Positions 1-8,552 of a DNA stretch of 64,000 nucleotides are shown piece by piece. The stretch is taken from assembly GCA_009379825.1 (NCBI GenBank), contig WHTA01000006.1, positions 65,858-129,857 of the forward strand, given 5' to 3'. Origin of the DNA: Streptosporangiales bacterium (lineage in GTDB: Bacteria > Actinomycetota > Actinomycetes > Streptosporangiales > WHST01). The notes under the pieces were generated by a model. That model worked only from the letters and a program-made list of their open reading frames with translations. It was not told where the DNA came from and made no database searches. Numbering within the stretch: the stretch's first letter is position 1; every line of letters starts with the position of its first letter. The translations under genes and the position numbers were made by a program.

Positions 1-582
1 GTGGACGAGGTGTACCCCGTGGGCTTCAGCACAAGCGTGCAGGTCACGGGTCCACTCACCGAGACGCTTGAAGGCGCGCAGCGCGGCGCGGGACACTTCC
101 ACGGCGTGACCACCGTGGTGACCAAGCTGCTCTGCATGAGCCTGCCCGACGTCGCGTACTTCGGCCAGAAGGACGCTCAGCAGTGCGTGGTCGTACGGCA
201 GCTGGTGCACGACCTCGACCTGCCGGTGCGGATCGAGGTCTGCCCGACAGTACGGGAGGCCGACGGGCTCGCGCTGTCGAGCAGGAACGTGCGGCTGGAC
301 GACGTCGACCGTAAGCGGGCCCTGGCGCTGCGTCGTGGCCTGGACACCGCGGAGCACACCGTGCGCGCCGGCGACGGGGACGCAGCGACCATCCGTACGG
401 CGGCGGTCACCGCCATGGCGGAGCTGGCCGTACAGCCGGAATACTTCGAACTGGTCGAGCCGACCACGCTCGCCCCGGTCACCGTCGTCGATGGCCCCAC
501 CCTGGTGGTCGTGGCCGCCTGGATCGGCGACACCAGACTGATCGACAACACGGTCGTTCGAGCGAACGGATGGGCAGCATGA
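1..582 (+). CDS. panC: pantoate--beta-alanine ligase, C-terminal part (5' end lies outside the window)
   Basis: The frame is open from base 1. Motifs HFHGVTTVVTKLL, YFGQKDAQQ and LALSSRN are typical of PanC. panB follows immediately. Confidence 0.9.
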   Translation: MDEVYPVGFSTSVQVTGPLTETLEGAQRGAGHFHGVTTVVTKLLCMSLPDVAYFGQKDAQQCVVVRQLVHDLDLPVRIEVCPTVREADGLALSSRNVRLDDVDRKRALALRRGLDTAEHTVRAGDGDAATIRTAAVTAMAELAVQPEYFELVEPTTLAPVTVVDGPTLVVVAAWIGDTRLIDNTVVRANGWAA

Positions 583-1475
583 GCAGTGCACCGAAGGCGG
601 CGGAGTCCGACCAGCGCAAGCCGGTGACGGTGCCGTCACTGCTGGCGCGGAAACAGCGCGGCGAGCCGATCGTCATGGTCACCGCGTACGACTACCCGTC
701 CGCACGAGCCGCGGAACGCGCGGCCGTGGACATCGTCCTCGTCGGCGACTCGGCCGCCACCACGGTGCTCGGCTACGACGGCACGACCACCCAGATCACC
801 ATGGCCGAGATGGTCATGCTCGCCAAGGCCGTACGTCGTGGGCTGCGCACCCCGCTGCTCGTCGGCGACCTGCCGTTCGGCTCGTACGAGGTCAGCGACG
901 AGCAGGCCGTCGCGACGGCGATCAGGTACGTAAGGGAGGCCGGCTGCGACGTGGTGAAGCTCGAGGGCGGCGGCGCCATGTCGGTGGCGAGGGCGAAGGC
1001 GATCGTGGACGCCGGCATCCCGGTGATGGGGCACGTCGGCCTCACCCCGCAGACCGCCACCGCGCTCGGCGGCTGGCGCGCGCAGGGCCGGTCGGCCGAC
1101 GCGGCGCTGGAGATCGCCAGAGGCGCCAAGGCACTCCAGGACGCCGGGTGCTTCTCGATCGTCTTCGAGGCGGTGCCGTCGCCGGTGACCGAGGCGATCG
1201 TCACGACGTTGACCATCCCCGTCATCGGCATCGGCGCCGGCCCGTCGGCCGACGGTCAGGTGCTGGTGTTCCACGACCTGCTGGGTATCCGCGACGGTGT
1301 CGGCGCCAAGTTCGTGAAGCGCTACGCGGACCTGCAGGACGCCATGGACGCCGGGGTGACCGAGTACGCCGACGACGTACGCAACCGGCGCTACCCGGCC
1401 GCAGAACACGGCTACGCCGCCGACCCCGAGATGGTCGCCGAACTGCAGCGTCGACTCGCGGAACAGCCGGCATGA
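570..1475 (+). CDS. panB: 3-methyl-2-oxobutanoate hydroxymethyltransferase
   Basis: VTAYDYPSA, DIVLVGDS, VVKLEGG and GHVGLTPQ motifs. An alternative start at ATG 579 overlaps the panC stop (ATGA). Confidence 0.9.
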   Translation: MGSMSSAPKAAESDQRKPVTVPSLLARKQRGEPIVMVTAYDYPSARAAERAAVDIVLVGDSAATTVLGYDGTTTQITMAEMVMLAKAVRRGLRTPLLVGDLPFGSYEVSDEQAVATAIRYVREAGCDVVKLEGGGAMSVARAKAIVDAGIPVMGHVGLTPQTATALGGWRAQGRSADAALEIARGAKALQDAGCFSIVFEAVPSPVTEAIVTTLTIPVIGIGAGPSADGQVLVFHDLLGIRDGVGAKFVKRYADLQDAMDAGVTEYADDVRNRRYPAAEHGYAADPEMVAELQRRLAEQPA

Positions 1476-2080
1476 GCACGCCTTCACGACCGGGGCACGA
1501 CGCGGCCGTGTGGGACGATCGCTACGCGAACACGGACCGGCTCTGGTCCGCCACCCCCAACGCCACCGTGGCCACGCTCGTCGGCGACCTGCCTGCCGGA
1601 CGCGCCCTCGACGTCGCCGCCGGCGAGGGCAGGCACGCGGTATGGCTCGCCGGACGCGGCTGGGACGTCACCGCGGTGGACTTCTCCGCTGTCGGCATCG
1701 CACGTGGCCGCGCGGGCGCGGCCGACAGCGACGTACCTGTCGACTGGGTGGTGGCCGACGTCACCACCTGGGCACCGCCCGCGGACACCAGCTACGACCT
1801 GATCCTCGTCGCGTACCTGCACGTCCCAGAGGACGTGTTCGGCCGGCTGCGCGAGTGGCTGGCGCCCGGCGGCCGGCTGGTCGTCGTCGGGCACGCACTG
1901 CGCAACCTCACCGAAGGCGTCGGCGGGCCGCAGAACCCGCAGTTGCTCTACGACGAGGAGAAGCTGCAGGCCGCGGCCGCCGGGCTGCGTGTGGAGCGGC
2001 TTGGCGAGGTGTTCCGAGAGACCCCCGACGGCACCGCCATCGACGTGTGCCTGGTGGCCACCGACCCCCGGTCGGTGTGA
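1472..2080 (+). CDS. class I SAM-dependent methyltransferase
   Basis: Start ATG 1472 overlaps the panB stop (ATGA). It has a glycine-rich SAM motif (ALDVAAGEGRHAVWLA), then an acidic loop (VTAVDFS) and PGGRLVVVGH. The upstream part of the 310-aa ORF is out-of-frame overlap with panB. Confidence 0.75.
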   Translation: MSTPSRPGHDAAVWDDRYANTDRLWSATPNATVATLVGDLPAGRALDVAAGEGRHAVWLAGRGWDVTAVDFSAVGIARGRAGAADSDVPVDWVVADVTTWAPPADTSYDLILVAYLHVPEDVFGRLREWLAPGGRLVVVGHALRNLTEGVGGPQNPQLLYDEEKLQAAAAGLRVERLGEVFRETPDGTAIDVCLVATDPRSV

Positions 2081-2083
2081 CCG

Positions 2084-2665
2084 TCAGTTCCGCTGCGCCA
2101 GCGCGCGGCGGACGACCGTGTACGTGATGTCGTGGCGGGCCATGGTCTCCGCGACGACCCCGTCGCCGTTCAGCAGGGCGACGAGCACGTGCCCGTCGTC
2201 GATGTGCGCGTCGCGGCGGTCGACCGCCTCCCGCAGTGCCCGTTCGAGCACGCCCTTCGCGTTGTCCGACCACGGCACGGCCGGTAGCACGGTGCCGTCG
2301 CTCACCCGCCGCCGGAAGAGCCGGTCCCGCAGCCGGGTGGCCGGCCACCCGGCGGGGACCTGGGCCAGCTCCTCCAACCGGTCGAGCACCTCGTCCACGT
2401 CGATGCCGAGCTCACGCAACGCGTCCGCGTCGGCGTCGGTGACGCCTGCGCGTCTGCAGAGCGCGATCAACTCGGCCTGCAGCCGGGCACGCACCTCCGC
2501 CGTGGCGCCGGCCAGCTCCAGTGCCGAGACCGCCGGACTGTCGGTCGCGGTGACCACACCGAGCGCCAGGTGCTCCTCGCGCACCTCGACGGCGTGCACC
2601 TCGGCGGCGTACTGCTGAGCCGTCTCGACAGCCCTGCGGGCGTCCTTGGTGAAGCGTTCGAACAT
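2084..2665 (-). CDS. Clp R (Clp_N) repeat domain protein with no ATPase domain
   Basis: MFERFTKDARRAV...A...EHLALG, with a second repeat GVLERALREA...HIDDGHVLVALL, is the double Clp_N repeat. Start ATG 2665 lies 4 nt after the upstream HTH gene's stop. Confidence 0.75.
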   Translation of the reverse strand: MFERFTKDARRAVETAQQYAAEVHAVEVREEHLALGVVTATDSPAVSALELAGATAEVRARLQAELIALCRRAGVTDADADALRELGIDVDEVLDRLEELAQVPAGWPATRLRDRLFRRRVSDGTVLPAVPWSDNAKGVLERALREAVDRRDAHIDDGHVLVALLNGDGVVAETMARHDITYTVVRRALAQRN

Positions 2666-2669
2666 CGGC

Positions 2670-2879
2670 CTAACGCCCTCCATGCTTGCGATGCACCGCT
2701 TGCCGACTCACCCCGAGCTGGTCCGCGATCTCCTGCCAGGACCACCCCTGCCGCCGGGCGTTGTCGACCTGCACCACCTCGAGCCGCTCGAGCAGCCGCC
2801 GCAACGCGGCCACCGCACGCAGGCCGACGTGGGGATCGCGGTCGCTCGCCGCTCTGGCGAGTTCAGTGGCTTTCGTCAT
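2670..2879 (-). CDS. small helix-turn-helix DNA-binding protein (sigma-70 region-4-like)
   Basis: C-terminal WSWQEIADQLGVSRQAVHRKH HTH. ATG 2879 is preferred over the TTG at 2888. It is tightly coupled to the downstream Clp_N gene. Confidence 0.7.
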   Translation of the reverse strand: MTKATELARAASDRDPHVGLRAVAALRRLLERLEVVQVDNARRQGWSWQEIADQLGVSRQAVHRKHGGR

Positions 2880-2882
2880 AAC

Positions 2883-2928
2883 TGTCAATCTACGTTGACA
2901 AAGGCTGCCGTGTCAACGCACGTTGACA
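2883..2928. promoter_or_regulatory. two adjacent TGTCAA/TTGACA palindromes (putative operator/promoter of the HTH-Clp_N operon)
   Basis: TGTCAA-N6-TTGACA (2883-2900) and TGTCAAC-N4-GTTGACA (2911-2928). That is four TTGACA hexamers in 46 bp of a ~72% GC genome, directly upstream of the HTH start. Confidence 0.5.
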
Positions 2929-2942
2929 GAGCGAGGAGCGTG

Positions 2943-3596
2943 CTATTCGCCGGGTTCTGCCACGGTGATCCGTACGGCACGGAACTTCGCCGGCATCTGC
3001 TCGAGCACCTTGCGCCGCGGGTCGGGCACGGCGTAGAGCCTTCGGTCGGCGATCTCCGCGACGCTGGCCAACCGCGGGTCGGCGAGCACGGCGTCGACGG
3101 CGAACCGGTCACCGCCACAGACCACTGCGTCCAGGTCGCCGAGCGCCGGACCGAGCACCAGGTGCGCGGCGTCCGCCGCGGCGGCGAAGGCGACCCTGGC
3201 CTGCTGCTCACGCCGCCGCGCGAACCGTTGCTGCGACCAGCCACCGGCCTTCGACTTGCCCTGCACGTGGCGCTTGCCGACCTTTACGGCCTGCAGCTCG
3301 TCCCCGGCGAAGACGCCGACCGCGTGGCCACCGCGCCGCACGAGCAGCACCCCGACCCGACGCTCGCGGTTGGCGTGCTCGACCAGACCGCCGTCGGGCA
3401 GGTCGGCACGCACCCGCAGCGGCGGGAACGGCACGGCGCACGTCGCGACGGCACCGTCGGCCGCCGTGACCACCACCTCGTCGCCGGAGGCGGCGCAGGT
3501 CGAAGTACCGTGCCGGTCCGCGAAGTTGTCGAGCCAGCGCGCCAGCCGCTGCGGCGGGACGCGGACCACCGTCGGCCCGCCCGCACCGCCGCTCAC
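2943..3596 (-). CDS. acVLRF1-type (Vms1/ANKZF1-like, eRF1-related) peptidyl-tRNA hydrolase family protein
   Basis: The 217-aa protein has VGVLLVRRGGHAVGVF, GKSKAGGWSQQRFARRRE (the GGQ-like Gln loop region) and VVCGGD, as I recall for the actinobacterial VLRF1 family. Confidence 0.7.
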   Translation of the reverse strand: MSGGAGGPTVVRVPPQRLARWLDNFADRHGTSTCAASGDEVVVTAADGAVATCAVPFPPLRVRADLPDGGLVEHANRERRVGVLLVRRGGHAVGVFAGDELQAVKVGKRHVQGKSKAGGWSQQRFARRREQQARVAFAAAADAAHLVLGPALGDLDAVVCGGDRFAVDAVLADPRLASVAEIADRRLYAVPDPRRKVLEQMPAKFRAVRITVAEPGE

Positions 3597-3680
3597 CGGC
3601 AGGTACCGGGGACGGGGAAGTCGCGACGAAGGTCAGTACCAGGCATGGTGGACAGCTCGATCGGCTCGGCTCAGCCGGGA

Positions 3681-3738
3681 GGGTGTGTCTCCCAATGGCG
3701 GTCCGGGTACGCCTCGAACGCCATTGGGAGACACGCCC
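3681..3738 (-). terminator. GC-rich hairpin downstream of bldC (putative intrinsic terminator)
   Basis: A perfect 16-bp inverted repeat, GTGTCTCCCAATGGCG (3685-3700) / CGCCATTGGGAGACAC (3719-3734), extendable to about 20 bp. The loop is 18 nt. It begins 8 nt after the bldC stop. There is no clear U-tract. Confidence 0.5.
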
Positions 3739-3745
3739 TGGCGCG

Positions 3746-3961
3746 TCAGCTCGCCGGCTCGTCTTCTACCGCATGGGGAACACCCTCGAGCAGCGCCCTC
3801 ACCTCGGATTCCAGATACCGTCGATGACCGCCCAGCGTGCGGATCGAGGACAGCTTCCCTGCCTTCGCCCAACGGGTGACGGTCTTCGGATCGACACGAA
3901 ACATCGCCGCCACCTCGGCTGGTGTCAGCAACGCCTCCGCGTCGCTCTTGCGAGTGCCCAT
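3746..3961 (-). CDS. bldC: BldC-type MerR-like/excisionase-family developmental DNA-binding protein
   Basis: LLTPAEVAAMFRVDPKTVTRWAKAGKLSSIRTLGGHRRY is near-identical to the Streptomyces BldC core as I recall it. 71 aa. Confidence 0.9.
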   Translation of the reverse strand: MGTRKSDAEALLTPAEVAAMFRVDPKTVTRWAKAGKLSSIRTLGGHRRYLESEVRALLEGVPHAVEDEPAS

Positions 3962-4130
3962 ATGGACCTTCTCCTGTTACCGGTCTACGACCCCCCGTCG
4001 CACCCTGTGGAGCATGTCGGGTAAGTGCACATATGACGCACTTCATGCTCCGAATGCTCCGCAGCGTAGTGTCTCACGCTTGTGCACATCATGACAGCAG
4101 GTCGCAAAGGGAACGCATCGCGTGAAGGCG

Positions 4131-5036
4131 TTAGTTGGCGCATTCCCGTCGTTCCACCGCGGACCACCGGGTCATAACCGCCTGATAGTGGCGCGCTGCT
4201 TGCTCCCCGTCACCGTCCGCTAGCGCGGCTAGACCCTCCGCAACATCCACTACCGAACGGTCAGTCAACAAGAACGCGTCATCGACCAGACTGACCAACC
4301 CACCGTAGTCGAGCTCCACCAGCGCGTGTGGGTGGAACTCCTCCAACCAGCGGCCCAGTGCCTCGACCTCGTCCACGACGGTCCCGTCGACGGTCTTGCG
4401 CAGGACCGCCAGGCTGCGGGCCAGCCGCTTCCTGGCCTCGACCATCCGGGTGAGGTAGCTCATGGTGCGATCCGCACCCTCGGCGGGCACGGTGACCGGC
4501 TCGGTCCCGCCGTCCTCGCCGCCGGCCACCTCGGTACCCGCGCCGCCGGCGTGGGTCACGTCGTCCGGAACCAGGACGAGCCGGCGCTCGGTCTGCCTGA
4601 ACAGGATGAACCACGCGACCGGCACGTGCCATCGTGCCTGCTTGATGTAGGTCTGGGCGCCACCCGACTCGCTGGCGCGCGTCTCCGCCAGTGCCCGCGA
4701 CTCCGCCGGCGCCGCAGCCTCGAAGACCTCCCTGGGCAGCAGCTCCTCCAGCGTCGCGTAGGCGGCGATCGACCGGCTGCGCGTCTGCAACGGGCAGATG
4801 TACGTCGTCTGGTCGATCCGATGCACGAGCGCGTGGTCGCTCTCCCTGTCGGGCACCAGCACAGGCGGGGTGGCCGCCAACCGGCGCCGCGCCGCCGCCT
4901 CCTCGACGGCCAGCAGCTCGCGCGGGTCAGGCGTGTCCACCTCGGGGTCGGAGTAGAGCGCCCAGGCCGCGCGGGCCGGCTCGCGGAACGCGACGAGCGG
5001 CTCGTACACACGCAGGTAGGCCGAGTACGGCGACAT
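4131..5036 (-). CDS. conserved hypothetical protein
   Basis: A 301-aa ORF with ATG start and normal codon bias. It begins MSPYSAYLRVYEPL. I recognise no domain. Confidence 0.6.
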   Translation of the reverse strand: MSPYSAYLRVYEPLVAFREPARAAWALYSDPEVDTPDPRELLAVEEAAARRRLAATPPVLVPDRESDHALVHRIDQTTYICPLQTRSRSIAAYATLEELLPREVFEAAAPAESRALAETRASESGGAQTYIKQARWHVPVAWFILFRQTERRLVLVPDDVTHAGGAGTEVAGGEDGGTEPVTVPAEGADRTMSYLTRMVEARKRLARSLAVLRKTVDGTVVDEVEALGRWLEEFHPHALVELDYGGLVSLVDDAFLLTDRSVVDVAEGLAALADGDGEQAARHYQAVMTRWSAVERRECAN

Positions 5037-5095
5037 ACCCGCATCGTCGCACGATTAGGTGACCGATTCCTACGCCAGCCGACCGCGCTGCCCGG

Positions 5096-5749
5096 CTAGC
5101 CGAGCAGCTCGTACCCGCTGACCAGCACTGCTACCAACGCGCCGGCGAGCATGAACGGCCCGAACGGGATCCGGCTGCGCCGGTCGGCCACCCGCAGCAC
5201 CAGCAGCGCCAGCGCGAACAGGCCGCCGAACAGCACGCCGAGGAACGCGCCGACGACCCAGGTGTCCGGCCCCAGCCAGCCCAGGTACGCGCCGAGCACC
5301 CCGGCGAGCTTCACGTCGCCGAGCCCCATGCCGTCGCGGTTGACCAGGTGCAACAGGCCGTAGCACAGGCCGAGGCCGAGCATGCCGAGCAGCACGCCGA
5401 GCAGCCGCCTGCCGCCGCCCTCGATGAACGGCGCCGCCAGCGCGAGCAGTCCCACCCCGATCGGGTACGACGGCAGCGTCAGCAGGTCGGGCAGCCGGTG
5501 TTGCTGCACGTCGACGGCGGCCAGCGGCACGGCGACGAGCGCGAGGTAGAGGTACGCGGGCAGCTCGGGGGCCAGACCGAAGCGCACCGCGAGCGCCGCG
5601 CACGCCGCCGCCGACAACACCGGCAGCAGCACGTCGCGGGGTCGCTGCACCCGCGGCCGGTGCGCCGGCCGCCCGGCGAGCACGGCCGCCACCACCAGCC
5701 CGACGAGCAGGCCGAGCAGGCCGGCCACCGCCGGGACGAGGTACGTCAC
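5096..5749 (-). CDS. A24-family prepilin peptidase
   Basis: Polytopic protein with [14 protein letters not shown] and [10 protein letters not shown] motifs (the two catalytic-Asp regions of type IV prepilin peptidases). GTG 5749 is chosen as start; the ORF is open to 5821. Confidence 0.75.
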   Translation of the reverse strand: MTYLVPAVAGLLGLLVGLVVAAVLAGRPAHRPRVQRPRDVLLPVLSAAACAALAVRFGLAPELPAYLYLALVAVPLAAVDVQQHRLPDLLTLPSYPIGVGLLALAAPFIEGGGRRLLGVLLGMLGLGLCYGLLHLVNRDGMGLGDVKLAGVLGAYLGWLGPDTWVVGAFLGVLFGGLFALALLVLRVADRRSRIPFGPFMLAGALVAVLVSGYELLG

Positions 5750-5913
5750 CGCGGCGTCCCTGCCTCGTCCATGGCCGGGCAATCTACCGGCATCCCCGTA
5801 CCGGGAACGCGCCGTCCACACCGACGACTACAGCCGGCAGGCGCCGGGCGAATAAGCTGGATGCAGTACCCGCGTCACCATGCGTGGGGGCGAACGGACA
5901 GGAGACACCACCC

Positions 5914-7041
5914 ATGTCGCAGTCCGACCACGAAGGGACCTATCAGGTCCAGTCGGCAGCTGGCACCGACCAACCGATCGTCTTCGGCAGGCACACCGGC
6001 CACGAACAGGTCGTCTTCTGCCAGGACGAGGCGAGCGGCCTGAAGGCCATCATCGCCATCTACAGCACCGCGCTCGGCCCCGCGCTCGGCGGCACCAGGT
6101 TCCACCCGTACCGCACCGAGCAGGCCGCGCTCGACGACGCGCTCAGCCTCGCCAAGGCGATGGCGTACAAGGCCGCGGTCACCGGGCTCGACCTCGGCGG
6201 CGGCAAGGCCGTCATCCTCGGCGACCCGAACACCGACAAGAGCGAGGCGCTGCTGCGCGCCTACGGCCGCTTCGTGCAGTCGCTCGGCGGGCGGTACCTC
6301 ACCGCGTGCGACGTGGGCACGTACGTGGCCGACATGGACGTCGTCGCCAGGGAGTCGCGCTACGTCACCGGCCGCTCCACCGAGAACGGCGGCGCCGGCG
6401 ACTCGAGCGTCCTCACCGCGTACGGCGTCTACCAGGGCATGCGGGCCTGCGCCGAGCGGCTCTGGGGCAGCCCGAGCCTGCGGGGCAGGCGGGTCGGCGT
6501 GGCCGGTGTCGGGAAGGTCGGATATCACCTGGTCGAGCACCTGGTCGCGAACGGCGCCGAGGTGGCCGTCACCGACGTCCGCCAGGACCGGGTGGCCAGG
6601 GTCACCGGCGACCACCCGCAGGTGCATGCCGTAGCCGACACCGACACGCTCGTACGCACCCCGCTGGACGTGTACGCACCGTGTGCACTCGGCGGCGCGC
6701 TGGACGACGCGACCACGCACGCGCTGCGCGCGACGGTGGTGTGCGGCGCCGCCAACAACCAGCTGGCGCACCGCGGGGTGGAGAAGCAGCTGCAGGACCG
6801 CGGCGTCCTCTACGCCCCCGACTACGTGGTCAACGCCGGCGGGCTCGTCCAGGTCGCCGACGAGATCGACGGCTTCAGCTTCGACCGGGCGAAGAAGCGG
6901 GTCGAGGGCATCTACGAGACGGTGGCCAGCATCTTTACCGTCGCCGCCGAGGAGGGCGTGCCGCCCGCGGTCGCCGCGGACCGGATCGCGCAGCGGCGGA
7001 TGGAGTCGATCGGCCGGCTACGGGGCATCCACGTGATGTGA
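5914..7041 (+). CDS. Glu/Leu/Phe/Val dehydrogenase family enzyme (valine/leucine dehydrogenase-like)
   Basis: [28 protein letters not shown] and [12 protein letters not shown] (Rossmann). Start ATG 5914 is preceded by AGGAGA. Confidence 0.85.
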   Translation: MSQSDHEGTYQVQSAAGTDQPIVFGRHTGHEQVVFCQDEASGLKAIIAIYSTALGPALGGTRFHPYRTEQAALDDALSLAKAMAYKAAVTGLDLGGGKAVILGDPNTDKSEALLRAYGRFVQSLGGRYLTACDVGTYVADMDVVARESRYVTGRSTENGGAGDSSVLTAYGVYQGMRACAERLWGSPSLRGRRVGVAGVGKVGYHLVEHLVANGAEVAVTDVRQDRVARVTGDHPQVHAVADTDTLVRTPLDVYAPCALGGALDDATTHALRATVVCGAANNQLAHRGVEKQLQDRGVLYAPDYVVNAGGLVQVADEIDGFSFDRAKKRVEGIYETVASIFTVAAEEGVPPAVAADRIAQRRMESIGRLRGIHVM

Positions 7042-7112
7042 CTGATGGCCACTTCGGCGACCGTGGCGTCGCCGACCGGCTCACTGGCACGATACGGTGG
7101 GACCCAGCAACC

Positions 7113-7137
7113 AGGACCCGGCTCCGTTGCCGGGGTC
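7113..7137 (+). terminator. possible hairpin terminator after the dehydrogenase gene
   Basis: GGACCCGGC-tccgtt-GCCGGGGTCC, a 9-bp stem with one bulged G, 72 nt after the stop. No U-tract. Confidence 0.3.
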
Positions 7138-7192
7138 CGCAACTCGTGTAGTCCATCGGGGTTGGTTACTCCGCGTTGAGGGGGTCGAGCCA

Positions 7193-7423
7193 ATGGGGCG
7201 CGGCCGGGCTAAGGCCAAGCAGACGAAGGTCGCCCGCAAGCTCAAGTACCAGACTGGCGGCACTGATCTTTCGCAGCTTGCCGAGGAGCTTGGGGCATCG
7301 TCGCCGACCATCGACGGTACGGATGACGTAGGGCAACGTGCCGATGACACGGCACGCGACGACGACGATCTCGTCGCGCGGTATTCGGATTACGCGGACA
7401 ACCCGAATCCGTCTGCGCGCTGA
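7193..7423 (+). CDS. DUF3073 family protein
   Basis: An N-terminal MGRGRAKAKQTKVARKLKY followed by an acidic tail is the DUF3073 signature as I recall it. Confidence 0.8.
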   Translation: MGRGRAKAKQTKVARKLKYQTGGTDLSQLAEELGASSPTIDGTDDVGQRADDTARDDDDLVARYSDYADNPNPSAR

Positions 7424-7471
7424 CACCTAGCTGGCAGCGGTCCCGGCGGCCTGCCGGGACCTTCCGGCGCG

Positions 7472-8530
7472 CTATTTCGGGTGCGCACCCAACAGCTGTA
7501 CATCGCCGCTTCCCGCGACGATCTCGCCGCCGACCCACGCCGGCACCTTGCGCCCGACGAGGATCGCGAGCGCCCGGTCCACGTCGTCCTGGCCGAGCAC
7601 GGCCAGCATGCCGACGCCGAGGTTGAAGGTGCGCTCCATCTCGTCCCACTCGATCCGGCCCTTGGCCTCGATCAGCCGGAAGACCGGCTGCGGTGTCCAG
7701 GTCGCCCGGTCGATCCGCGCGTCGAGTGCCTGCGGCAGCGCCCGCGACAGGTTCGCTGCCAGCCCACCGCCAGTGACGTGCGCAAACGCGTGCACGTCAG
7801 TCTCCGCCGCGATGGTCAGGCACGCCTGCGTGTAGATGCGGGTGGGTTCGAGCAGCTCCTCCCCCAGCGAGTGGCCGAGCTCCTCGGGCTCGGCGTCGTA
7901 GCTCATCCGGCCCATCCGCAGCAGCGCGTGGCGCGCCAGCGCGTACCCGTTGGAGTGCAGTCCGGACGAGCCCATGGCGATCACCACGTCGCCCTCGCGC
8001 ACCCGCTCCGGGCCGAGCACCGCCTCTTCCTCGACGATGCCGGTGCCCGCGCCGGCGAGGTCGTACTCCTGCGGCTGCATCAGCCCGGGGTGCTCGGCCG
8101 TCTCACCGCCGAGCAGTGCGCAGCCGGCCTGCCGGCAGCCCTCCGCGATGCCGCCGACGATGGCGGAGATCCGCTCGGGCACCACCTGGCCGCACGCGAT
8201 GTAGTCGGTCATGAACAGCGGCTCGGCCCCGCAGACCACCAGGTCGTCGACGACCATGCCGACCAGGTCCTGGCCGACGGTGTCGTGCTTGTCCAGCGCC
8301 TGCGCGACCGCCAGCTTGGTGCCGACGCCGTCGGTGGACGTCGCGAGCACCGGGGCCGTGTACCTGCCCACGTCCAGCCGGAACAGGCCGGCGAACCCGC
8401 CGAAGTCGCCGAGCACCTCGGGCCGGCTGGCCGCCTTGACCTGCTTGGACATCAGGGCCACCGCACGCTCGCCGGCCTCGATGTCGACCCCGGCAGCCCC
8501 GTACGTCCCGCTGTCGTTCCCCGAGCTCAC
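7472..8530 (-). CDS. purM: phosphoribosylformylglycinamidine cyclo-ligase (AIR synthetase)
   Basis: AGVDIEAG, GGFAGLF, DGVGTK and HITGGG-like (HVTGGGL) motifs. Confidence 0.95.
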   Translation of the reverse strand: MSSGNDSGTYGAAGVDIEAGERAVALMSKQVKAASRPEVLGDFGGFAGLFRLDVGRYTAPVLATSTDGVGTKLAVAQALDKHDTVGQDLVGMVVDDLVVCGAEPLFMTDYIACGQVVPERISAIVGGIAEGCRQAGCALLGGETAEHPGLMQPQEYDLAGAGTGIVEEEAVLGPERVREGDVVIAMGSSGLHSNGYALARHALLRMGRMSYDAEPEELGHSLGEELLEPTRIYTQACLTIAAETDVHAFAHVTGGGLAANLSRALPQALDARIDRATWTPQPVFRLIEAKGRIEWDEMERTFNLGVGMLAVLGQDDVDRALAILVGRKVPAWVGGEIVAGSGDVQLLGAHPK

Positions 8531-8552
8531 GGGTGTGCCTCCTCAGGCGCGT

